Shown: in pieces, positions 11,917 through 25,776 of the stretch | Layout of the letters: each line of letters starts with the position of its first letter | Numbering within the stretch: the stretch's first letter is position 1 | DNA from: Azolla caroliniana | Lineage: Eukaryota; Plantae; Polypodiophyta | DNA length: 64,000 nucleotides | Assembly: GCA_043228905.1 (NCBI GenBank) | Contig: JBHGNT010000118.1 | Coordinates: 13,207 to 77,206, forward strand | Direction: 5' to 3' | Translations under genes and position numbers: made by a program | Notes under the pieces: generated by a model | The model's input: the letters and a program-made list of their open reading frames with translations, nothing else | Told to the model about the DNA's origin: nothing | The model's database searches: none

Positions 11917-13384
11917 GCGGATGACTTGAAAGCCAAAGAGAGATAAAGAATTCAAAGAGAACGACGCGAGAGCTCTTGCTTATTTCTCCATGTTAATCTA
12001 CTCGAGAAGCCATGGAAACGTTGTAAACAAGGTCGAGGTTAGCAAATGGAGCGTGAACAACCCGAGCATGAGCACGGCGGGTGGCCTCGTTAAGTAGTAT
12101 GGATGTTCCTACCTACTCGGCGCACGTCAATGTGTCTGCCTCGTTCGTTCTTGCTACGGACTTGGAGCGGGAGAACACCCTCTTGTGGGCAACGCGAGAG
12201 AGAGGGCGACCTGATTATTCTTGAGCATGGCGACATACCACATTGGCTCGCTAGGAAACCGTCTTCCTCACCTTGGCGCGTCGAGGCCTTGTGTCACCCG
12301 TTGGACTCGGGTCGCCGCTTCTATGGTTGCACCGAACTGGGAAAATGATCGACGATAGTTTCACACCAGTTTCCGTTCCCTTTCGGGAACCCTCAAACGC
12401 TATATGGTACGTGCCACAAACCTCGGGAAGCGACCCCCCCTCGAAACTAGGTCATACGGCCTCCAGCCCGATGACGTGCGGACGTGGAAGGTTTGTCGAC
12501 TAGCAAACAACCCGAGCCTTGCAGCATTCCGAGAACGTTGTCATTCGTTACAGCGAGGACCTTCCTGTTTCTTCTCCGTTGACGTTGCATTGGAAAGGAA
12601 AGGGGAACAAGAGAACGCATTTCAACCGTTTTGTTTTGATCAGGGGTTGTTGGTGCGCGTCATTTGGCTCACGCTAAATCTCAAAGGCTGCAGCTAGAGT
12701 TTTGACGATGTTAAAAGGTGGTTACGTATCCCACCGATCTATGGCTTTGTTCGGTAAAACCTGCAAGGCGAGACGATGTTGCCAGGATGTTTGGTCGGGA
12801 AGACGAGTCCGCAACCTTGGATGGATTGGTAGATGGAGGGTAAATTGCACCAACATTGTCAACGGTAAGTTCTAACGTGTTGCATTGAACGTCGTGCCGT
12901 AACGGCTCCCGTCGAAAGCAAAAGAAAGACGTGAAAGAGAGCATCAAGTCTGATGCGCGGTTGCGGGGAATGTTGCAGCGTGGTTGGAATTCTCAATTGC
13001 GGTTTCCGTCCAAGGTGCTCATACGTACAACCGTAATGCGTGGTCTTCCTCTGCGTTATTCCAGGTGACACGAGTCTCGAGTAAGCGTCGGTCATTCCCA
13101 AGAACTTGAACCGCAGATTTGACCAGTAAGCGAGCAGATACCTATTACATCCGACTTTGACGTGATCGCCAAATGTATTCGGAAGCCCCAAGTAAGGCAC
13201 CGTCATGGCAGTCACTTCGCAGGCTCATTCCTCTTAACCTTCCACACGTGCGCGGTTAGCAATCCCTAAAGAACTCCTCGAACGAAGCTCGGGCGGTAAC
13301 GTCTTGAATAAGGACCCACGCAAGGAGGCGAGGGAAACAAGATCGTAGCGGTGGTTTTGACGTACAGCTAATTCAACCGCGCGG

Positions 13385-13456
13385 TATCAGAGCGAGGTTT
13401 CGATCCTCGGACCTGTGGGTTATGGGCCCACCACGCTTCCGCTGCGCCACTCTGAT
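13385..13456 (-). tRNA. tRNA-iMet(CAT): Initiator tRNA-Met (CAT), copy 9
   Basis: Same sequence as copy 1. Confidence 0.97.
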
Positions 13457-14924
13457 GCGGATGACTTGAAAGCCAAAGAGAGATAAAGAATTCAAAGAGA
13501 ACGACGCGAGAGCTCTTGCTTATTTCTCCATGTTAATCTACTCGAGAAGCCATGGAAACGTTGTAAACAAGGTCGAGGTTAGCAAATGGAGCGTGAACAA
13601 CCCGAGCATGAGCACGGCGGGTGGCCTCGTTAAGTAGTATGGATGTTCCTACCTACTCGGCGCACGTCAATGTGTCTGCCTCGTTCGTTCTTGCTACGGA
13701 CTTGGAGCGGGAGAACACCCTCTTGTGGGCAACGCGAGAGAGAGGGCGACCTGATTATTCTTGAGCATGGCGACATACCACATTGGCTCGCTAGGAAACC
13801 GTCTTCCTCACCTTGGCGCGTCGAGGCCTTGTGTCACCCGTTGGACTCGGGTCGCCGCTTCTATGGTTGCACCGAACTGGGAAAATGATCGACGATAGTT
13901 TCACACCAGTTTCCGTTCCCTTTCGGGAACCCTCAAACGCTATATGGTACGTGCCACAAACCTCGGGAAGCGACCCCCCCTCGAAACTAGGTCATACGGC
14001 CTCCAGCCCGATGACGTGCGGACGTGGAAGGTTTGTCGACTAGCAAACAACCCGAGCCTTGCAGCATTCCGAGAACGTTGTCATTCGTTACAGCGAGGAC
14101 CTTCCTGTTTCTTCTCCGTTGACGTTGCATTGGAAAGGAAAGGGGAACAAGAGAACGCATTTCAACCGTTTTGTTTTGATCAGGGGTTGTTGGTGCGCGT
14201 CATTTGGCTCACGCTAAATCTCAAAGGCTGCAGCTAGAGTTTTGACGATGTTAAAAGGTGGTTACGTATCCCACCGATCTATGGCTTTGTTCGGTAAAAC
14301 CTGCAAGGCGAGACGATGTTGCCAGGATGTTTGGTCGGGAAGACGAGTCCGCAACCTTGGATGGATTGGTAGATGGAGGGTAAATTGCACCAACATTGTC
14401 AACGGTAAGTTCTAACGTGTTGCATTGAACGTCGTGCCGTAACGGCTCCCGTCGAAAGCAAAAGAAAGACGTGAAAGAGAGCATCAAGTCTGATGCGCGG
14501 TTGCGGGGAATGTTGCAGCGTGGTTGGAATTCTCAATTGCGGTTTCCGTCCAAGGTGCTCATACGTACAACCGTAATGCGTGGTCTTCCTCTGCGTTATT
14601 CCAGGTGACACGAGTCTCGAGTAAGCGTCGGTCATTCCCAAGAACTTGAACCGCAGATTTGACCAGTAAGCGAGCAGATACCTATTACATCCGACTTTGA
14701 CGTGATCGCCAAATGTATTCGGAAGCCCCAAGTAAGGCACCGTCATGGCAGTCACTTCGCAGGCTCATTCCTCTTAACCTTCCACACGTGCGCGGTTAGC
14801 AATCCCTAAAGAACTCCTCGAACGAAGCTCGGGCGGTAACGTCTTGAATAAGGACCCACGCAAGGAGGCGAGGGAAACAAGATCGTAGCGGTGGTTTTGA
14901 CGTACAGCTAATTCAACCGCGCGG

Positions 14925-14996
14925 TATCAGAGCGAGGTTTCGATCCTCGGACCTGTGGGTTATGGGCCCACCACGCTTCCGCTGCGCCACTCTGAT
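14925..14996 (-). tRNA. tRNA-iMet(CAT): Initiator tRNA-Met (CAT), copy 10
   Basis: Same sequence as copy 1. Confidence 0.97.
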
Positions 14997-16464
14997 GCGG
15001 ATGACTTGAAAGCCAAAGAGAGATAAAGAATTCAAAGAGAACGACGCGAGAGCTCTTGCTTATTTCTCCATGTTAATCTACTCGAGAAGCCATGGAAACG
15101 TTGTAAACAAGGTCGAGGTTAGCAAATGGAGCGTGAACAACCCGAGCATGAGCACGGCGGGTGGCCTCGTTAAGTAGTATGGATGTTCCTACCTACTCGG
15201 CGCACGTCAATGTGTCTGCCTCGTTCGTTCTTGCTACGGACTTGGAGCGGGAGAACACCCTCTTGTGGGCAACGCGAGAGAGAGGGCGACCTGATTATTC
15301 TTGAGCATGGCGACATACCACATTGGCTCGCTAGGAAACCGTCTTCCTCACCTTGGCGCGTCGAGGCCTTGTGTCACCCGTTGGACTCGGGTCGCCGCTT
15401 CTATGGTTGCACCGAACTGGGAAAATGATCGACGATAGTTTCACACCAGTTTCCGTTCCCTTTCGGGAACCCTCAAACGCTATATGGTACGTGCCACAAA
15501 CCTCGGGAAGCGACCCCCCCTCGAAACTAGGTCATACGGCCTCCAGCCCGATGACGTGCGGACGTGGAAGGTTTGTCGACTAGCAAACAACCCGAGCCTT
15601 GCAGCATTCCGAGAACGTTGTCATTCGTTACAGCGAGGACCTTCCTGTTTCTTCTCCGTTGACGTTGCATTGGAAAGGAAAGGGGAACAAGAGAACGCAT
15701 TTCAACCGTTTTGTTTTGATCAGGGGTTGTTGGTGCGCGTCATTTGGCTCACGCTAAATCTCAAAGGCTGCAGCTAGAGTTTTGACGATGTTAAAAGGTG
15801 GTTACGTATCCCACCGATCTATGGCTTTGTTCGGTAAAACCTGCAAGGCGAGACGATGTTGCCAGGATGTTTGGTCGGGAAGACGAGTCCGCAACCTTGG
15901 ATGGATTGGTAGATGGAGGGTAAATTGCACCAACATTGTCAACGGTAAGTTCTAACGTGTTGCATTGAACGTCGTGCCGTAACGGCTCCCGTCGAAAGCA
16001 AAAGAAAGACGTGAAAGAGAGCATCAAGTCTGATGCGCGGTTGCGGGGAATGTTGCAGCGTGGTTGGAATTCTCAATTGCGGTTTCCGTCCAAGGTGCTC
16101 ATACGTACAACCGTAATGCGTGGTCTTCCTCTGCGTTATTCCAGGTGACACGAGTCTCGAGTAAGCGTCGGTCATTCCCAAGAACTTGAACCGCAGATTT
16201 GACCAGTAAGCGAGCAGATACCTATTACATCCGACTTTGACGTGATCGCCAAATGTATTCGGAAGCCCCAAGTAAGGCACCGTCATGGCAGTCACTTCGC
16301 AGGCTCATTCCTCTTAACCTTCCACACGTGCGCGGTTAGCAATCCCTAAAGAACTCCTCGAACGAAGCTCGGGCGGTAACGTCTTGAATAAGGACCCACG
16401 CAAGGAGGCGAGGGAAACAAGATCGTAGCGGTGGTTTTGACGTACAGCTAATTCAACCGCGCGG

Positions 16465-16536
16465 TATCAGAGCGAGGTTTCGATCCTCGGACCTGTGGGT
16501 TATGGGCCCACCACGCTTCCGCTGCGCCACTCTGAT
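16465..16536 (-). tRNA. tRNA-iMet(CAT): Initiator tRNA-Met (CAT), copy 11
   Basis: Same sequence as copy 1. Confidence 0.97.
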
Positions 16537-18004
16537 GCGGATGACTTGAAAGCCAAAGAGAGATAAAGAATTCAAAGAGAACGACGCGAGAGCTCTTGCT
16601 TATTTCTCCATGTTAATCTACTCGAGAAGCCATGGAAACGTTGTAAACAAGGTCGAGGTTAGCAAATGGAGCGTGAACAACCCGAGCATGAGCACGGCGG
16701 GTGGCCTCGTTAAGTAGTATGGATGTTCCTACCTACTCGGCGCACGTCAATGTGTCTGCCTCGTTCGTTCTTGCTACGGACTTGGAGCGGGAGAACACCC
16801 TCTTGTGGGCAACGCGAGAGAGAGGGCGACCTGATTATTCTTGAGCATGGCGACATACCACATTGGCTCGCTAGGAAACCGTCTTCCTCACCTTGGCGCG
16901 TCGAGGCCTTGTGTCACCCGTTGGACTCGGGTCGCCGCTTCTATGGTTGCACCGAACTGGGAAAATGATCGACGATAGTTTCACACCAGTTTCCGTTCCC
17001 TTTCGGGAACCCTCAAACGCTATATGGTACGTGCCACAAACCTCGGGAAGCGACCCCCCCTCGAAACTAGGTCATACGGCCTCCAGCCCGATGACGTGCG
17101 GACGTGGAAGGTTTGTCGACTAGCAAACAACCCGAGCCTTGCAGCATTCCGAGAACGTTGTCATTCGTTACAGCGAGGACCTTCCTGTTTCTTCTCCGTT
17201 GACGTTGCATTGGAAAGGAAAGGGGAACAAGAGAACGCATTTCAACCGTTTTGTTTTGATCAGGGGTTGTTGGTGCGCGTCATTTGGCTCACGCTAAATC
17301 TCAAAGGCTGCAGCTAGAGTTTTGACGATGTTAAAAGGTGGTTACGTATCCCACCGATCTATGGCTTTGTTCGGTAAAACCTGCAAGGCGAGACGATGTT
17401 GCCAGGATGTTTGGTCGGGAAGACGAGTCCGCAACCTTGGATGGATTGGTAGATGGAGGGTAAATTGCACCAACATTGTCAACGGTAAGTTCTAACGTGT
17501 TGCATTGAACGTCGTGCCGTAACGGCTCCCGTCGAAAGCAAAAGAAAGACGTGAAAGAGAGCATCAAGTCTGATGCGCGGTTGCGGGGAATGTTGCAGCG
17601 TGGTTGGAATTCTCAATTGCGGTTTCCGTCCAAGGTGCTCATACGTACAACCGTAATGCGTGGTCTTCCTCTGCGTTATTCCAGGTGACACGAGTCTCGA
17701 GTAAGCGTCGGTCATTCCCAAGAACTTGAACCGCAGATTTGACCAGTAAGCGAGCAGATACCTATTACATCCGACTTTGACGTGATCGCCAAATGTATTC
17801 GGAAGCCCCAAGTAAGGCACCGTCATGGCAGTCACTTCGCAGGCTCATTCCTCTTAACCTTCCACACGTGCGCGGTTAGCAATCCCTAAAGAACTCCTCG
17901 AACGAAGCTCGGGCGGTAACGTCTTGAATAAGGACCCACGCAAGGAGGCGAGGGAAACAAGATCGTAGCGGTGGTTTTGACGTACAGCTAATTCAACCGC
18001 GCGG

Positions 18005-18076
18005 TATCAGAGCGAGGTTTCGATCCTCGGACCTGTGGGTTATGGGCCCACCACGCTTCCGCTGCGCCACTCTGAT
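18005..18076 (-). tRNA. tRNA-iMet(CAT): Initiator tRNA-Met (CAT), copy 12
   Basis: Same sequence as copy 1. Confidence 0.97.
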
Positions 18077-19544
18077 GCGGATGACTTGAAAGCCAAAGAG
18101 AGATAAAGAATTCAAAGAGAACGACGCGAGAGCTCTTGCTTATTTCTCCATGTTAATCTACTCGAGAAGCCATGGAAACGTTGTAAACAAGGTCGAGGTT
18201 AGCAAATGGAGCGTGAACAACCCGAGCATGAGCACGGCGGGTGGCCTCGTTAAGTAGTATGGATGTTCCTACCTACTCGGCGCACGTCAATGTGTCTGCC
18301 TCGTTCGTTCTTGCTACGGACTTGGAGCGGGAGAACACCCTCTTGTGGGCAACGCGAGAGAGAGGGCGACCTGATTATTCTTGAGCATGGCGACATACCA
18401 CATTGGCTCGCTAGGAAACCGTCTTCCTCACCTTGGCGCGTCGAGGCCTTGTGTCACCCGTTGGACTCGGGTCGCCGCTTCTATGGTTGCACCGAACTGG
18501 GAAAATGATCGACGATAGTTTCACACCAGTTTCCGTTCCCTTTCGGGAACCCTCAAACGCTATATGGTACGTGCCACAAACCTCGGGAAGCGACCCCCCC
18601 TCGAAACTAGGTCATACGGCCTCCAGCCCGATGACGTGCGGACGTGGAAGGTTTGTCGACTAGCAAACAACCCGAGCCTTGCAGCATTCCGAGAACGTTG
18701 TCATTCGTTACAGCGAGGACCTTCCTGTTTCTTCTCCGTTGACGTTGCATTGGAAAGGAAAGGGGAACAAGAGAACGCATTTCAACCGTTTTGTTTTGAT
18801 CAGGGGTTGTTGGTGCGCGTCATTTGGCTCACGCTAAATCTCAAAGGCTGCAGCTAGAGTTTTGACGATGTTAAAAGGTGGTTACGTATCCCACCGATCT
18901 ATGGCTTTGTTCGGTAAAACCTGCAAGGCGAGACGATGTTGCCAGGATGTTTGGTCGGGAAGACGAGTCCGCAACCTTGGATGGATTGGTAGATGGAGGG
19001 TAAATTGCACCAACATTGTCAACGGTAAGTTCTAACGTGTTGCATTGAACGTCGTGCCGTAACGGCTCCCGTCGAAAGCAAAAGAAAGACGTGAAAGAGA
19101 GCATCAAGTCTGATGCGCGGTTGCGGGGAATGTTGCAGCGTGGTTGGAATTCTCAATTGCGGTTTCCGTCCAAGGTGCTCATACGTACAACCGTAATGCG
19201 TGGTCTTCCTCTGCGTTATTCCAGGTGACACGAGTCTCGAGTAAGCGTCGGTCATTCCCAAGAACTTGAACCGCAGATTTGACCAGTAAGCGAGCAGATA
19301 CCTATTACATCCGACTTTGACGTGATCGCCAAATGTATTCGGAAGCCCCAAGTAAGGCACCGTCATGGCAGTCACTTCGCAGGCTCATTCCTCTTAACCT
19401 TCCACACGTGCGCGGTTAGCAATCCCTAAAGAACTCCTCGAACGAAGCTCGGGCGGTAACGTCTTGAATAAGGACCCACGCAAGGAGGCGAGGGAAACAA
19501 GATCGTAGCGGTGGTTTTGACGTACAGCTAATTCAACCGCGCGG

Positions 19545-19616
19545 TATCAGAGCGAGGTTTCGATCCTCGGACCTGTGGGTTATGGGCCCACCACGCTTCC
19601 GCTGCGCCACTCTGAT
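19545..19616 (-). tRNA. tRNA-iMet(CAT): Initiator tRNA-Met (CAT), copy 13
   Basis: Same sequence as copy 1. Confidence 0.97.
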
Positions 19617-21084
19617 GCGGATGACTTGAAAGCCAAAGAGAGATAAAGAATTCAAAGAGAACGACGCGAGAGCTCTTGCTTATTTCTCCATGTTAATCTA
19701 CTCGAGAAGCCATGGAAACGTTGTAAACAAGGTCGAGGTTAGCAAATGGAGCGTGAACAACCCGAGCATGAGCACGGCGGGTGGCCTCGTTAAGTAGTAT
19801 GGATGTTCCTACCTACTCGGCGCACGTCAATGTGTCTGCCTCGTTCGTTCTTGCTACGGACTTGGAGCGGGAGAACACCCTCTTGTGGGCAACGCGAGAG
19901 AGAGGGCGACCTGATTATTCTTGAGCATGGCGACATACCACATTGGCTCGCTAGGAAACCGTCTTCCTCACCTTGGCGCGTCGAGGCCTTGTGTCACCCG
20001 TTGGACTCGGGTCGCCGCTTCTATGGTTGCACCGAACTGGGAAAATGATCGACGATAGTTTCACACCAGTTTCCGTTCCCTTTCGGGAACCCTCAAACGC
20101 TATATGGTACGTGCCACAAACCTCGGGAAGCGACCCCCCCTCGAAACTAGGTCATACGGCCTCCAGCCCGATGACGTGCGGACGTGGAAGGTTTGTCGAC
20201 TAGCAAACAACCCGAGCCTTGCAGCATTCCGAGAACGTTGTCATTCGTTACAGCGAGGACCTTCCTGTTTCTTCTCCGTTGACGTTGCATTGGAAAGGAA
20301 AGGGGAACAAGAGAACGCATTTCAACCGTTTTGTTTTGATCAGGGGTTGTTGGTGCGCGTCATTTGGCTCACGCTAAATCTCAAAGGCTGCAGCTAGAGT
20401 TTTGACGATGTTAAAAGGTGGTTACGTATCCCACCGATCTATGGCTTTGTTCGGTAAAACCTGCAAGGCGAGACGATGTTGCCAGGATGTTTGGTCGGGA
20501 AGACGAGTCCGCAACCTTGGATGGATTGGTAGATGGAGGGTAAATTGCACCAACATTGTCAACGGTAAGTTCTAACGTGTTGCATTGAACGTCGTGCCGT
20601 AACGGCTCCCGTCGAAAGCAAAAGAAAGACGTGAAAGAGAGCATCAAGTCTGATGCGCGGTTGCGGGGAATGTTGCAGCGTGGTTGGAATTCTCAATTGC
20701 GGTTTCCGTCCAAGGTGCTCATACGTACAACCGTAATGCGTGGTCTTCCTCTGCGTTATTCCAGGTGACACGAGTCTCGAGTAAGCGTCGGTCATTCCCA
20801 AGAACTTGAACCGCAGATTTGACCAGTAAGCGAGCAGATACCTATTACATCCGACTTTGACGTGATCGCCAAATGTATTCGGAAGCCCCAAGTAAGGCAC
20901 CGTCATGGCAGTCACTTCGCAGGCTCATTCCTCTTAACCTTCCACACGTGCGCGGTTAGCAATCCCTAAAGAACTCCTCGAACGAAGCTCGGGCGGTAAC
21001 GTCTTGAATAAGGACCCACGCAAGGAGGCGAGGGAAACAAGATCGTAGCGGTGGTTTTGACGTACAGCTAATTCAACCGCGCGG

Positions 21085-21156
21085 TATCAGAGCGAGGTTT
21101 CGATCCTCGGACCTGTGGGTTATGGGCCCACCACGCTTCCGCTGCGCCACTCTGAT
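21085..21156 (-). tRNA. tRNA-iMet(CAT): Initiator tRNA-Met (CAT), copy 14
   Basis: Same sequence as copy 1. Confidence 0.97.
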
Positions 21157-22624
21157 GCGGATGACTTGAAAGCCAAAGAGAGATAAAGAATTCAAAGAGA
21201 ACGACGCGAGAGCTCTTGCTTATTTCTCCATGTTAATCTACTCGAGAAGCCATGGAAACGTTGTAAACAAGGTCGAGGTTAGCAAATGGAGCGTGAACAA
21301 CCCGAGCATGAGCACGGCGGGTGGCCTCGTTAAGTAGTATGGATGTTCCTACCTACTCGGCGCACGTCAATGTGTCTGCCTCGTTCGTTCTTGCTACGGA
21401 CTTGGAGCGGGAGAACACCCTCTTGTGGGCAACGCGAGAGAGAGGGCGACCTGATTATTCTTGAGCATGGCGACATACCACATTGGCTCGCTAGGAAACC
21501 GTCTTCCTCACCTTGGCGCGTCGAGGCCTTGTGTCACCCGTTGGACTCGGGTCGCCGCTTCTATGGTTGCACCGAACTGGGAAAATGATCGACGATAGTT
21601 TCACACCAGTTTCCGTTCCCTTTCGGGAACCCTCAAACGCTATATGGTACGTGCCACAAACCTCGGGAAGCGACCCCCCCTCGAAACTAGGTCATACGGC
21701 CTCCAGCCCGATGACGTGCGGACGTGGAAGGTTTGTCGACTAGCAAACAACCCGAGCCTTGCAGCATTCCGAGAACGTTGTCATTCGTTACAGCGAGGAC
21801 CTTCCTGTTTCTTCTCCGTTGACGTTGCATTGGAAAGGAAAGGGGAACAAGAGAACGCATTTCAACCGTTTTGTTTTGATCAGGGGTTGTTGGTGCGCGT
21901 CATTTGGCTCACGCTAAATCTCAAAGGCTGCAGCTAGAGTTTTGACGATGTTAAAAGGTGGTTACGTATCCCACCGATCTATGGCTTTGTTCGGTAAAAC
22001 CTGCAAGGCGAGACGATGTTGCCAGGATGTTTGGTCGGGAAGACGAGTCCGCAACCTTGGATGGATTGGTAGATGGAGGGTAAATTGCACCAACATTGTC
22101 AACGGTAAGTTCTAACGTGTTGCATTGAACGTCGTGCCGTAACGGCTCCCGTCGAAAGCAAAAGAAAGACGTGAAAGAGAGCATCAAGTCTGATGCGCGG
22201 TTGCGGGGAATGTTGCAGCGTGGTTGGAATTCTCAATTGCGGTTTCCGTCCAAGGTGCTCATACGTACAACCGTAATGCGTGGTCTTCCTCTGCGTTATT
22301 CCAGGTGACACGAGTCTCGAGTAAGCGTCGGTCATTCCCAAGAACTTGAACCGCAGATTTGACCAGTAAGCGAGCAGATACCTATTACATCCGACTTTGA
22401 CGTGATCGCCAAATGTATTCGGAAGCCCCAAGTAAGGCACCGTCATGGCAGTCACTTCGCAGGCTCATTCCTCTTAACCTTCCACACGTGCGCGGTTAGC
22501 AATCCCTAAAGAACTCCTCGAACGAAGCTCGGGCGGTAACGTCTTGAATAAGGACCCACGCAAGGAGGCGAGGGAAACAAGATCGTAGCGGTGGTTTTGA
22601 CGTACAGCTAATTCAACCGCGCGG

Positions 22625-22696
22625 TATCAGAGCGAGGTTTCGATCCTCGGACCTGTGGGTTATGGGCCCACCACGCTTCCGCTGCGCCACTCTGAT
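22625..22696 (-). tRNA. tRNA-iMet(CAT): Initiator tRNA-Met (CAT), copy 15
   Basis: Same sequence as copy 1. Confidence 0.97.
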
Positions 22697-24164
22697 GCGG
22701 ATGACTTGAAAGCCAAAGAGAGATAAAGAATTCAAAGAGAACGACGCGAGAGCTCTTGCTTATTTCTCCATGTTAATCTACTCGAGAAGCCATGGAAACG
22801 TTGTAAACAAGGTCGAGGTTAGCAAATGGAGCGTGAACAACCCGAGCATGAGCACGGCGGGTGGCCTCGTTAAGTAGTATGGATGTTCCTACCTACTCGG
22901 CGCACGTCAATGTGTCTGCCTCGTTCGTTCTTGCTACGGACTTGGAGCGGGAGAACACCCTCTTGTGGGCAACGCGAGAGAGAGGGCGACCTGATTATTC
23001 TTGAGCATGGCGACATACCACATTGGCTCGCTAGGAAACCGTCTTCCTCACCTTGGCGCGTCGAGGCCTTGTGTCACCCGTTGGACTCGGGTCGCCGCTT
23101 CTATGGTTGCACCGAACTGGGAAAATGATCGACGATAGTTTCACACCAGTTTCCGTTCCCTTTCGGGAACCCTCAAACGCTATATGGTACGTGCCACAAA
23201 CCTCGGGAAGCGACCCCCCCTCGAAACTAGGTCATACGGCCTCCAGCCCGATGACGTGCGGACGTGGAAGGTTTGTCGACTAGCAAACAACCCGAGCCTT
23301 GCAGCATTCCGAGAACGTTGTCATTCGTTACAGCGAGGACCTTCCTGTTTCTTCTCCGTTGACGTTGCATTGGAAAGGAAAGGGGAACAAGAGAACGCAT
23401 TTCAACCGTTTTGTTTTGATCAGGGGTTGTTGGTGCGCGTCATTTGGCTCACGCTAAATCTCAAAGGCTGCAGCTAGAGTTTTGACGATGTTAAAAGGTG
23501 GTTACGTATCCCACCGATCTATGGCTTTGTTCGGTAAAACCTGCAAGGCGAGACGATGTTGCCAGGATGTTTGGTCGGGAAGACGAGTCCGCAACCTTGG
23601 ATGGATTGGTAGATGGAGGGTAAATTGCACCAACATTGTCAACGGTAAGTTCTAACGTGTTGCATTGAACGTCGTGCCGTAACGGCTCCCGTCGAAAGCA
23701 AAAGAAAGACGTGAAAGAGAGCATCAAGTCTGATGCGCGGTTGCGGGGAATGTTGCAGCGTGGTTGGAATTCTCAATTGCGGTTTCCGTCCAAGGTGCTC
23801 ATACGTACAACCGTAATGCGTGGTCTTCCTCTGCGTTATTCCAGGTGACACGAGTCTCGAGTAAGCGTCGGTCATTCCCAAGAACTTGAACCGCAGATTT
23901 GACCAGTAAGCGAGCAGATACCTATTACATCCGACTTTGACGTGATCGCCAAATGTATTCGGAAGCCCCAAGTAAGGCACCGTCATGGCAGTCACTTCGC
24001 AGGCTCATTCCTCTTAACCTTCCACACGTGCGCGGTTAGCAATCCCTAAAGAACTCCTCGAACGAAGCTCGGGCGGTAACGTCTTGAATAAGGACCCACG
24101 CAAGGAGGCGAGGGAAACAAGATCGTAGCGGTGGTTTTGACGTACAGCTAATTCAACCGCGCGG

Positions 24165-24236
24165 TATCAGAGCGAGGTTTCGATCCTCGGACCTGTGGGT
24201 TATGGGCCCACCACGCTTCCGCTGCGCCACTCTGAT
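24165..24236 (-). tRNA. tRNA-iMet(CAT): Initiator tRNA-Met (CAT), copy 16
   Basis: Same sequence as copy 1. Confidence 0.97.
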
Positions 24237-25704
24237 GCGGATGACTTGAAAGCCAAAGAGAGATAAAGAATTCAAAGAGAACGACGCGAGAGCTCTTGCT
24301 TATTTCTCCATGTTAATCTACTCGAGAAGCCATGGAAACGTTGTAAACAAGGTCGAGGTTAGCAAATGGAGCGTGAACAACCCGAGCATGAGCACGGCGG
24401 GTGGCCTCGTTAAGTAGTATGGATGTTCCTACCTACTCGGCGCACGTCAATGTGTCTGCCTCGTTCGTTCTTGCTACGGACTTGGAGCGGGAGAACACCC
24501 TCTTGTGGGCAACGCGAGAGAGAGGGCGACCTGATTATTCTTGAGCATGGCGACATACCACATTGGCTCGCTAGGAAACCGTCTTCCTCACCTTGGCGCG
24601 TCGAGGCCTTGTGTCACCCGTTGGACTCGGGTCGCCGCTTCTATGGTTGCACCGAACTGGGAAAATGATCGACGATAGTTTCACACCAGTTTCCGTTCCC
24701 TTTCGGGAACCCTCAAACGCTATATGGTACGTGCCACAAACCTCGGGAAGCGACCCCCCCTCGAAACTAGGTCATACGGCCTCCAGCCCGATGACGTGCG
24801 GACGTGGAAGGTTTGTCGACTAGCAAACAACCCGAGCCTTGCAGCATTCCGAGAACGTTGTCATTCGTTACAGCGAGGACCTTCCTGTTTCTTCTCCGTT
24901 GACGTTGCATTGGAAAGGAAAGGGGAACAAGAGAACGCATTTCAACCGTTTTGTTTTGATCAGGGGTTGTTGGTGCGCGTCATTTGGCTCACGCTAAATC
25001 TCAAAGGCTGCAGCTAGAGTTTTGACGATGTTAAAAGGTGGTTACGTATCCCACCGATCTATGGCTTTGTTCGGTAAAACCTGCAAGGCGAGACGATGTT
25101 GCCAGGATGTTTGGTCGGGAAGACGAGTCCGCAACCTTGGATGGATTGGTAGATGGAGGGTAAATTGCACCAACATTGTCAACGGTAAGTTCTAACGTGT
25201 TGCATTGAACGTCGTGCCGTAACGGCTCCCGTCGAAAGCAAAAGAAAGACGTGAAAGAGAGCATCAAGTCTGATGCGCGGTTGCGGGGAATGTTGCAGCG
25301 TGGTTGGAATTCTCAATTGCGGTTTCCGTCCAAGGTGCTCATACGTACAACCGTAATGCGTGGTCTTCCTCTGCGTTATTCCAGGTGACACGAGTCTCGA
25401 GTAAGCGTCGGTCATTCCCAAGAACTTGAACCGCAGATTTGACCAGTAAGCGAGCAGATACCTATTACATCCGACTTTGACGTGATCGCCAAATGTATTC
25501 GGAAGCCCCAAGTAAGGCACCGTCATGGCAGTCACTTCGCAGGCTCATTCCTCTTAACCTTCCACACGTGCGCGGTTAGCAATCCCTAAAGAACTCCTCG
25601 AACGAAGCTCGGGCGGTAACGTCTTGAATAAGGACCCACGCAAGGAGGCGAGGGAAACAAGATCGTAGCGGTGGTTTTGACGTACAGCTAATTCAACCGC
25701 GCGG

Positions 25705-25776
25705 TATCAGAGCGAGGTTTCGATCCTCGGACCTGTGGGTTATGGGCCCACCACGCTTCCGCTGCGCCACTCTGAT
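25705..25776 (-). tRNA. tRNA-iMet(CAT): Initiator tRNA-Met (CAT), copy 17
   Basis: Same sequence as copy 1. Confidence 0.97.
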